Part shown: positions 13,400 to 24,019 of the stretch, one piece after another
How positions within the stretch are numbered: position 1 is the stretch's first letter
How the letters are laid out: every line of letters begins with the position of its first letter
Assembly (NCBI GenBank): GCA_013265495.1
Contig: MU058059.1
Location: 1,426,001 to 1,490,000, forward strand
DNA: 64,000 bases
DNA from: Vicugna vicugna
Taxonomy: Eukaryota
Reading direction: 5' to 3'
Made by a program: the position numbers and the translations under genes
Notes under the pieces: model-generated
The model's input: the letters and a program-made list of their open reading frames with translations, nothing else
Told to the model about the DNA's origin: nothing
The model's database searches: none

Positions 13400-14740
13400 T
13401 ACTCTCTATGTTTACAAAATTTCTGTCTAATTGGGTTTCTTGTTTCTCTTTATGCTTGTGTTATTTTATTCCTCATTACATTTGCCAGAGGTGGGCTGTC
13501 TATATTGTGTTGTTCTCATTTTCCTTTCAAGAAATGAGTACTCAGATTTATCCATTAGATCTACTGTTTTCTTTTGTCTTTTCTAATTATTTTGTTTGCT
13601 GCTTTTATTCTTATCACTTCTTTCCCCATGCTCCCTTAGGTTTGTTTTATACTTGCAAACTGAATTGTAAACATACTTAATTTATTTTCACTTAAAAAAT
13701 CATATAAGCATTTAAGACTATGAACTTCCCATTGCTGCCCCTGAATACTGCTTTAGCTATTTGGGCAAACTTTTAGGAAATATTTATCTTTCTTATTTTT
13801 ACCTTCTAAAAGACAATTATAATCTTTCAGTCACCTTGATTAAATCATTGGCCAAATATTTAAGAGATACCCTAAGTGGTTAATTTTTGAAGCTGTTTAA
13901 AACATTAATAACAATAGCTAGTTTACTACATGATCATCTCAGAATGTCACATGGTCTGTACAATTCCTGCTTGGGAAACTTTAACTATGATTTCTTTTTG
14001 GTGCAACATAGGATGTGTTTAAAAAATTTTTAACTATGTACATACACACAGAGATGTATTTTAAGATCTCACTATGCATTTATTGAATCTAAATAGCTAT
14101 ATTATTCAAAAACCTGTTTATTTTTTATTTAAGCAAAAAGCCTGAAGCAATATGCTAAAATCTCTAAAATAACTTTTTCTGTACAGTTTTTCTCATAATC
14201 TTTTCTTCACATTTAAATGTTTTGCCAAAATAAAATGCATTAAAGAAAGATATACAAATCAAGTGGACAGACTGAAAAATTTACCTACACTTTTCCACAT
14301 AACCAGGAGGCAGGACACCCCATCCCCAGCCTGCCCCCTTCTGGTCACTGCCACTCTCCTCAAAGGGAGCTGCCTGTCCTGGCTTCTGCAGAGACCAGCT
14401 CTTCTCCTTCTGGTCTCTCTCTCTATAAATGGAATCATACAGCACTGGCTCATCTGCGGTCCTCGGCTTCTGCTCAGCATTCTAGCTGTGAGGTTCTTGC
14501 AGACCTCTGCGTGTGGACCTTTCATTTTCAGTGCTGCATAGTATTCCGTGAGGGGAGGATGCCACAATCTACCCATTCTACTGGTGATGGTCATTTGAGT
14601 AGCTCTGATTTGGGGACTGGTACAGACAGTGTTGTTATGTACATTCTAGCACAGTTTTTGCAGAGACCAGAAGTACACATTTCTGTTGGAATGCATCCAG
14701 GAGTAAAACTGCTGGATCTTGAGGTATTTTGTGTCACATG
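13400..14740 (-). mobile_element. Ancient L1 (L1M/L1ME) fragments
   Basis: T-rich decayed ORF2-like sequence, plus ataaatggaatcatacagca...ggcttctgctcagcattc...ccattctactggtgatggtcatttgagtag (reverse L1 3' region); boundaries approximate. Confidence 0.6.
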
Positions 14741-15477
14741 CTGATGTTACAACATTTAGCATATGAAAGCATATGTGACATTCACTATTAATTGCACTTC
14801 TTACTTAATATAGAAAAAATTTACCTTTGGGACACATTGATAGCCTCCTGCCTCAAATTCTTCTTTTTACTAAAAGTTAAATGGTATGCCATTCTGCTAT
14901 TTTCTGTTTATTTATGTTTGTCTGATACAGTTTTACCCAGCTTTTGTACTCCTCTCGGCCTGGCCCTGAGCCCTGTCAGGCTCGGGGCAGAAGCAGAGTA
15001 ACAGGGGAAGGGACAGGGACAGACCCCCTCACACAGTGGTGGGCCAACACAGCGACAGAAGCTTCCCACAGGTTTAAATTCCTACCTGAAACTACTAATG
15101 AGCTTTAACTGCCATCCCCCAGTTTTTAGTCACAGTTTCTTTGCGTATGTTTTCATTGCACTCTGCTCTCTTGTTGGTACCGTGACGAAATGGCTGCCCA
15201 CTTGAATTCCCACTTTATATATCATTAAATCAAGTGGGCCGCTTCTAGGGTTCACTGAAGGCCACCACGCAGGGTCAGCCCCCTGCAACACCGTAAGAGG
15301 AGACCCTTTGTGACTCTGTTGAGTCCCCCCTAAAGACAAGTAATCATACTACGGATGAACATTTTAAATAACTGAACTTCTTGACTTAATTGTTCATCCT
15401 ACTTTCCCTTAGTACTCTTGAGCAGCCTTAGGTACTCAAACAGAAATAAAAACATTTAAAAAGAGTGGTTGAGTTTA

Positions 15478-17770
15478 ACGAAAAGACAGAAAATTCCTCA
15501 ACAAAATACTAGCAAACCAAGTGCAGCAACATGTGAGAAAAAAATATATTTGTACACACACACATACACAGAATTGTGAGATTAACCCCAGGAAGACAAG
15601 ACTGGTTCGGCATATGGAAAGCAATATACAATATAATAAAACCATATTAACAGAATAAGGGACCACCCTTTCATGATAAAGCAAACTAGGAATAGAAGAG
15701 AACTTTCTCAATCTGATAAAAGGCCCCCACAAAAATCCCACAGTAAACGTCATGTCTAATGTGGAAAGACTGAGCATTCCCTAAGGTCAGGAACAAGAAA
15801 AGGATGTTCAGTCCTGTTCTGTCCCACAATGCACGCGAAGCGCTATCCAGAGGACTTCGGGGAGAAAGAAAAGATGCGCAGCCTGAAGAGAAGAAGTAGA
15901 AGTATCTCTACTTAGAGATGACAGAATCTTGCACATAGAAAACCCTAAGGAACACACTCGTTAGAGCTAATAAATGCATTCAGAACATAAGATCATTGTA
16001 CAAAAATCAACTGTATTCCTACATAACAGCAGTGAATAACCCGAAGATGAAAGTAAGAAAACAGTTCCATTTACAGCACAAAAAAGAACAGACCAGACAA
16101 AGACATGATGAGAAAACTACAGACCAATTTCCCTTACGAATACAGATACAAAACCCCACAATGCAACAGTAGCAAACCGAACTCAACAGCTCACTGAGTG
16201 AAACAAAGGGAAAAATACTCCCAGATGATCTTCTCAATAGATTGAGAAAAAGCACTGGACAAAGTCCAACACTCTTTCACAATAAGAACATTCAGAAAAC
16301 TAGGAGTAAAGGGGAGCTTTCTCAACATGATACAGGGAACTTATGAAAACCATACAGCTAACATCATACTCAATAATGGGAGACTGAAACCTTTCCACCA
16401 TAATATTAGGAAAACGACAAGAATGCCCACTTTTACCACTACATTCAACATAGTACTGGAAATCCTAGCCAGAACAAGAGGCAAGAAACAAGGTTAAAGG
16501 CTTGGTATCTATTAGCTAATGTAACGTGACAAGAAAAGGAAATAAAAGGTATACTGACTGGGAAGAAAAGAAAGAAAACTTTGATAAATAACTTGTGGTA
16601 TATCCATACAACGGGATAGTATTCAGTCATAAAAAGGAATGAACTATGTATACCTGCTACAGCTTGGGTGAACCTCTAAAACATAACAGTAAGTGAAAGA
16701 AGCCAGGCACAAAAGATCACATATTGCATGATTCTTTTAACATAATATATCCAGAACAGGCAAATCTCCAGCATAGGCAAATCCATGGAAAGCAGATTAG
16801 AGGTTACCAGGGATTGGTGTCAGGGAGTGGGTGGTGGGTATACTTAATAAGTGTAGGATGTTTTCATGGAGTGACAAGAAAGTTTTGAAATTAAAGAGAA
16901 CTGGTGGCTGCAGAACATGAACACACTACCATTGAACTGTCACTTTAAAATGGTTCATTGTATGTTATATGAATTGCAATTCAATTAAAAAAAGACTAGA
17001 ATACTTAGGAACAAATTTAATAATGAGTAAGACTTGCAGACTGAAAACCATAAGATATTTAAAAATTAAAGAAGACCTAAATAAATGGAAGGATGTCCTG
17101 TGTTCTCGGGCTAGAAAACTTAGTATTTTTAAGATGGCAACACTCCCAAGGTTGAGCTACAGATCAATCCCTATCAAAGTCCGAGCTGGCTTTTTTAGAG
17201 GAAGGGCAGAAATTGTCAAGCTAACTCTAAAATTCATAGGGAAACGCAAGTGCCTTAGAGCAGCCAAAGCAATCTTGAAAAGAACAGATTGCAGAGTGAG
17301 AGGCTCATAACTTATATTTTCAAAATTTACTCCAGAGTTACAGTAATCAACGTAGTGGCATTAGATTCTGGCATTAGGGCAGACGTACAGACCTATCGGA
17401 TAGAACTGTCAGTCCAGAAATAAATTCATACACCTGCAGACAACTTATTTTCGACGGATCTGCCAAGACCAATCAATGGGTAAAAAGCAGTCTTCTGTGA
17501 CAGGTCTCTGTGACCTTAGATGAAGGAACACTTCCTTAGATACCAAAAGCACAACAGAAAACAGATAAACTGGACATCACCAAAATTAAAACCTTCTGTG
17601 CTTTAAAAGAAACAATCAAGAAAGTGGAAAAAACAACAGGATTTCACATCTGACAAAGAACCCTTATCACACAATTAATAAAAAAGACAATTTTTAAAAG
17701 GGCAAAGAATTTGAAACAGCTATTTCTTGAAAGATACACAAAAGGCCAATAACCACATGAAAAAAAATTT
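15478..17770 (+). mobile_element. Decayed L1 ORF2 interrupted by a second nested L1 (~16090-16993)
   Basis: ORF2 landmarks ctcaacaaaatactagcaaacc, aaactaggaatagaag, KIKEDLNKWKDVLCS (ORF 16969..17310), ccagaaataaattcatac, aaaagggcaaagaatttgaa; many stops and frameshifts. Confidence 0.88.
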
Positions 17771-18328
17771 TAAAACAGTAAAATTCCAGAATTATTCCAA
17801 TTAAAAGGTTAAACACCTGCTCCATGCCAGAATGGCATATTCCTTAGTCTACATTTCTTCCTGTGCACTAAGCTGGCTCGGTGAAGGGGCCTGGCAATCT
17901 GGCCTCTCCCTATGAAATTCTCACTTCTTAGGTCTCCACGTTTCTTACATTTAACTCCAAAGTTAAGTGAATTTAATAATCTCATGGCCAATTACTGAAT
18001 TAACTATAAGTTACAAGGTAAGTTACATGGGTGGAAATGGCTGGATTTACAGGTCAGTTCACAGTGACTGCACTCATTTCACCAGATAAAAGAAAAATAA
18101 GCAATTTTTTAAAGTGGGTGCCTAATGTCTTTAAAAACACAGTCCATTTTCATTATGGGGAAGGATGTGCAGATTTCAGACATCTGGGTCACCCAGTGGT
18201 CAACAGAATCTTGCACAATATCTTGATCAGATACTTTGTACTGCAACGTGGTTTGCACCAACAAGAGTAAGATCAGGCATCGCCAATCCCAGAGACAGCT
18301 TCAAAGAAGACCCAGCCAGGCCACTCAC

Positions 18329-18405
18329 CTTGAGGGGCTACCAGAGTTCTCCCATTCTCCTGACACCAACCAACTGGCTGGATGTAAGGACTATTTACAT
18401 CACAC
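18329..18405 (-). CDS. L3MBTL4: L3MBTL4 coding exon 8: (W)CDVNSPYIQPVGWCQENGRTLVAPQ+G
   Basis: 77 nt; ttttgcAG acceptor, GTGAG donor; phase 2->1; visible in ORF 18273..18461. Confidence 0.97.
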
Positions 18406-19407
18406 CTGCAAAAACAGGATTCTCTTTTAGATCCCAAATTAACTCCAGAGAAAGAATCCAACAGTAATGATCATTCTGGATATTAAAAGATGCCATGGAA
18501 AAATATTACTTTGGAGCTAAAATATTTTATAGCTCGAGAGAATGAGAAGTAATTTTAGTACTTTATTTTGTAAGCTGAGGGGCCAAACTTCTCTTTTACG
18601 TAAGCTTCATGAAATTTAAAAGGAATTTTATACAAAGTGTTTGACTAGGGCCTGAACTGCCAGCGGTCTCCCCAAAGAGTGCACATTTTAATGAGCCCCG
18701 TCTATCACTTCTTGCCGGCGGCAAGGGAAAATATTAACAGGCCAGTCCAGATTTTAACAGGACAGACCAGATTCCATCTGCCGACAGTTTCCTCCCTCTC
18801 CTTTTCCAGGACCCCAGACGATTCTCCCGAAGACACGTACAGCACTTCATCGACACCCTGCTTCTTGGTTCAGAGAAGAAAACAGCCCCCGCCTCGCACG
18901 GGAAGACCCACAGCCCTGGCCGGACCTGCCCATTATTCAGGACCTGCTCTCCAGAAATGCCACAAAAATTACTTTCGCCACGCCCTCATCTGTATTTCAG
19001 GTTTTTCACCCAGAAAGCCCTTTAAAAGCATGCAATGTTAGCTCAATGGCATTATAAGCACACATTTTCTCTGCTCTCCACAAGTTTTCGAACAATTCAC
19101 TCCATTCTCCCTGAATCTTCCTTTCTTAAAAATATGCCAGTCTGAGTTTCACATTTTTCAGGGAAAAAAAAATACTGCAAGTTGTTAACTTCCTCCTCCT
19201 TACAAACCACCCACAGCAGAGTGAAGGGCCCAGGGCGGGACACACTGTCTCGGATGAGGCCTTGTTAGGTGACCTCGCAGAGAGCGGCTCCCGAGGGAGT
19301 GCGGCCGGGCAGGTCAGCCGCCGGAGTCCTGCCGGTCGTTCCTAGGAGGACCGCGGCTCCTAACACCAAACACGCGCGCGGAAGGAAGGCGCACAGGGCC
19401 GTCTCAC

Positions 19408-19562
19408 CAGTAACTGTGACTGTCATCCCAGCTGTCAAAATGCACCAGCAAGCGGTCTTCAGCAACATCTGCGATGGTCGCCACGCACACCAAGGAGGGG
19501 TTCCTCCTGTCTACGGCCTCCAGCTTCATCCCAACCTCAAGGTCTTTAGGCGCCGGACCGCT
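19408..19562 (-). CDS. L3MBTL4: L3MBTL4 coding exon 7: SGPAPKDLEVGMKLEAVDRRNPSLVCVATIADVAEDRLLVHFDSWDDSHSY(W) (MBT2 core)
   Basis: 155 nt; tgttAG acceptor, GTGAG donor; phase 0->2; GMKLEAVD..NP..CVAT..HFD.W motif. Confidence 0.97.
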
Positions 19563-20975
19563 CTAACACAGCACCGGGGGGAGGCACCAAGAGAACCAGG
19601 GCTGAGCCACGGGCACAACGTCTGTGACGTTCATTCAGCATCAGGAAGGTCTGCAGGGGAGCAACACTCACCCCGCAGAACAAAGCCGGCCGGGAAAATA
19701 CTCCAACAGACCGGCACCAAGTGTACGTTCATTCAACAAAAAAGAAAAACACTTTGTGCTTTTTCTCTTTTGTCCTGCAGGCAGGTTTCATTTTCCTTAT
19801 CACTGTCATTTTTCCCTCTTCATGTCTTAAGAGTATTAAGAGTCATTTGTATGAGTTTTAAAATACTGCGCTGACTGAATACAGTGGTAGCAGATCACTT
19901 TCTCTGCTCCCTGCAGGCTTTTGATATGTGGTATATTTTCAAATACCACTATTTGGAAAACTAGCAAAGACATGCTCTTCAGCACTAAAATTATCATTTA
20001 CTTTGACCAGAGCTGAAATTAGCGGCTTTCTAAATATTTCTGAAAAACACATGCACTAATCCATGAATAAATCATAGTCAAAAAAAACCAAATGGTTGTT
20101 TTAGTGCCCACACGTTGTTTTTAGTATTTAAGAATGCCAAGGACTATGATTTACAGTTACATTAAAGTGATAAAACCCTAAGCCTCGTACAGCTGTAATT
20201 AGCCAGTCCTGGACTTAGAAAGCACACGTGCAGTATCTGGGGGCTGGAAGGGGGCCATCCTACTTCTTTACTGTCTCTGCTGACCCTGACTTTTGTGTTC
20301 CTTTAGCACATTACATTTTTAAAAGCATTTTCACATTTCCATAACTCTCTTTCCTTAATATAATTCTATGAAACCCGTTGAACAGTTTGTGTAACATTGA
20401 TTTCAAGAGCAGGACACTGAAGCCTGGAGAAGTGGGGGACTGTCCTAAACACGGACACAGCCAGCAGGCGGCAAAGCCCCCACCCTGGTGCGTGGCCCCA
20501 CGGGGCCCAGAGAGGCCGGGCTGCGACCTCCTCTCTTCTCTCCTGTTAGATGCTGAGACACGGATCCTCATACACCCCTGAATCTGTCGGAAAGGTCACC
20601 CTCATGTTCATCATACACAAATACCACTGGACCAGGTACATTCAAAGTTTACCTGGGGTGTCAACTGGTCTCAAAACACCAAAACTCAGCTTAAACAACT
20701 AACTCACTAGCTGCAAAAAGAAAACATTCTAAAAGGCATTTTAAATTATAGCAGGCTTTAAATGTAAAGTTTTTTCCTCCCTCCATCTCATTAAAGTACT
20801 TAATTGTATGTTTAAAGGGGGAAAAAAGTTCATAGGAAACTGACAAATTCAGTGAGAAAAGTCACAGGAAGCTAAGGATTCTTAAAAGATTAAAATACAA
20901 GAGAATATACAGGGAATTATTTAAAATTTAAGCTGAAGTAAACATCTGACTAATACCAAGGAAGAAAATACTTAC

Positions 20976-21067
20976 AGAACTTCTGTTTCTGAATAATCTC
21001 TTGGGAGCATTTTGCAATTTGCAGGCCTTCAAGTAATCCACCCAACCGAATTTATCTTTTCTATAAC
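20976..21067 (-). CDS. L3MBTL4: L3MBTL4 coding exon 6: (G)YRKDKFGWVDYLKACKLQNAPKRLFRNRSS (MBT2 arm)
   Basis: 92 nt; tttttttAG acceptor, GTAAG donor; phase 1->0; FxWxDYL...AP motif. Confidence 0.97.
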
Positions 21068-22700
21068 CTAAAAAAAATACTGATTACTCAAAATACCCCC
21101 AAGATGTAACCACATGAATAATAAACATATTATTCTTATTCGATCTTCTGCCATAAATTCGATGTCCTTTAGCAGACACAAAAGACTCAAATTAAAATCT
21201 CTAAACTGTTTCAATGTTTTGAATGTATGGAATTGAAACCACTGAGAGTAATTTCCCGCCGGGCATGTCATTCCCGACAAATGTTAAAAGCCATTCAAAT
21301 GCAGCACCAGTGCCCAGGTAGCCTGAGGGGATCCTTGCCTCCTGTTAAGGCTTTGGACAGAGGGAAGGGACAACAGTCCCTACGGCCCTCATTCCCCTCA
21401 AAGAAGCTGTGTCACTGAGACCAGCGTGGGCCCTGGTGGTGACCAGGGAGCCAGACACTGGGGACAGAACGAGCCATGGGCCATGTGGCAACTCCAGCTC
21501 CGTGTCCTGCCAGGCTCCGCAGGACAGAACGCCTCACCCTCCCACCCACGTGCCCACGGCTCGGATGGGGCTGGCCCACATCAACGGGCTCGAGAAACAT
21601 TCCCGATGGAGTGTCCCACTCAGAACACCGCCTTCAAGGCCACAGTGGCACCTCTAACTTCCCCTCCTAACTGCCCGCCCTGGCCTCTGCTCCGCCACCC
21701 TCAACTCCCTGTGGTCCGCCCAGCACCCGTCAGATGTCCTGTCTCAGGCCTCTTTCAGCGCCCTTCCTGCTGGTGCAGCCCTGGGACCCCGCTCAGTCCT
21801 CCAGCCCTATCGCTGTAGACGCTGGCAGCTCTGTGTCTCCTCCCCGTCTCTGCAACAGATGCTCCATGAGGACAGATTCGGTTTACTGAATGCACAGCTC
21901 TACCCACAGTGCCTGCACACGGTTAGGACTCCCTACTGAGTGATCCAGCCCGTGGCCTCTCACCAGCCTCCGTGAAACCCAGTGATCTCAGGGGATCTCA
22001 AAGGACCCCCCACTCCCCGACCTAGTTACTAAGAATAAAATGACTATATACTGACTCCAGAAGCTGCCACGGTCACCCGGGAGCCTGATATCCAAGCAGG
22101 AGACCTTATACAAAGGTTTGCTGGACAAGGAAACCGGCCCACTGGCCTCAGTATGCCGCCAACCATCCCTGCGACCAGCACACAGCAAGTAAGAAGGGAC
22201 TCAATCCCATCTGCCAGACCCCGGTTCCTCTTGTGCAAAATAAAAGACAAAGATGAGATTTTAATTCCCATCAAAAGAAAATGGCGACATTTTCTCTTCG
22301 ATAGCTCCCTGTTCTCCATGATTCCTCTTCAAAAAAATTGTACATGTGAACCAAGCTTCCTCACTGTACAGCATTACTGATTCAGTGAAAAACATTATTT
22401 CAACTGTAATTTAAACATTAGTTTCTTCATTCCTTATAAAGTTTAATAAACTTTATATGTAAAATAAAATCTCTCATAAGATTTTAATTTTTCTCTATGT
22501 AACCTGAGAATATTTGACCTCAACAGTCATCGATGCTTTTCTTTTAAAGATATTTATTCATTTCTAAAAATGGAATCCTTGCAGTCTTAATGCTTTTTGT
22601 GGATCACACTTTCATCTTGAAAATCAATTCACACCAGGCTCTCGTGTCAGTATCTTATAAAACATTGTTCAGATGAAACTGTCTTCCCATCCCGGCTCAC

Positions 22701-22836
22701 CCTTAGGGATGTGTAATTCGTGCTTGGTCTTTTCACACCAGCCTACTGGATGGATGTCAGGGGAACCAGCGTTGATCCAAAAATCATAGCAGCTTAAATA
22801 ACCATCAAAATGAAGCCTTAGACGGTAACCACATAC
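22701..22836 (-). CDS. L3MBTL4: L3MBTL4 coding exon 5: VCGYRLRLHFDGYLSCYDFWINAGSPDIHPVGWCEKTKHELHIPK+G (MBT1)
   Basis: 136 nt; ttttgcAG acceptor, GTGAG donor; HFDG..YDFW..SPDIHPVGWC MBT motif. Confidence 0.97.
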
Positions 22837-23880
22837 CTGCAAAATGGTATGTATGCATTTGTTCAGTAAGAGTCATGCATTTGAAGTATACACAAAGTCA
22901 ACAAAACATTCATTTATTCTGTCAACACCATCAATGTAGATGAGCCAATCCCTCCATCCAAATGTGCTTGTATTAGAGAACAAATTTATAGATGATCTGG
23001 ATAACACAAAATGTTGACAAAATAGACACTATCTTTCAAGAAGCGAGAATTTTTCTGCAGAAAAATTATTCGTTTTCTCAGCCTAGGCATCTGAGGACAA
23101 TTAACATATCCATTCACCAACAAGTTTATTTACTCGTTCAATACCTATCAAACATTTCTTTCAGAAACGCCATCTCCTGCTGTCTGGCTTAGACTCATGT
23201 CCCAAGGCCATGGAAGCTAAAGTACAGAGCAAAACCAAAATGGGCATGGCTTTATTTCAAAAACATGAATCCAGTATACGCAGTAAAGAAAATAATAAAG
23301 CAGTCTGAGAAACGTATCTCCTACACATGCTATACACGTTTAATAGCTACGATCAGTGAATTAAGTGAACAGATTTTCTATGTTTGATGGTATTAAAATA
23401 TAGAGGGATTTTACCAACTTAATATAAAATGTTTGGTAAATATTACATTTTATAAGCCATTTACTTCCATCAATGGCTCTTCATGCTATATAATTTTCAT
23501 AAAATTCATGTATTTCTATAAATACGTAACTCCTACGCATAGATATTTTTCATATACATTCCCATTAGCTTAAACTTGAATAATTATGTCTCCTTTAACA
23601 GACAAAAGCAACATTGTGGGATTCCCGGGTTTTTATCAATCTCAGGTGAAAACTATTTACCAATTAAATCAAGAATAACTGCTTGTGATGAGGGACTTAG
23701 AAAATTAATCTTCAGAGAAGGAAAAAAATCATTAAAGAACATATTTCACCCATCACTGAATAAAATAAATCCATAATGTAATGGAACTTGTTTACAACAC
23801 AAAGCACTCAAATTCATCATTCTCTGGAAAATTCTCTTCTGTCACTGTGCAGTTAGCCCAACAATTACACCATGTCTTAC

Positions 23881-23985
23881 CTCAGCTACAGAAAGCACAC
23901 AAAACACAGATGGATGTCGGGGGTCAACACCTTCTAATCTCATTCCAACCTGAAAGCCATTTTCATGCTCCGGGAAGGACTGGTC
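23881..23985 (-). CDS. L3MBTL4: L3MBTL4 coding exon 4: DQSFPEHENGFQVGMRLEGVDPRHPSVFCVLSVAE (MBT1)
   Basis: 105 nt; cacAG acceptor, GTAAG donor; GFxxGMxLExxD MBT core motif. Confidence 0.97.
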
Positions 23986-24019
23986 CTGTGAAATTCCACG
24001 ATACAGTATGAGTCACTAA

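Noticed and set aside
19269..19874. 201-aa plus-strand ORF antisense to the MBT2 exon
   Set aside because: Starts at GTG, has no recognisable domain, and is explained by stop-codon scarcity in a GC-rich patch opposite a real exon
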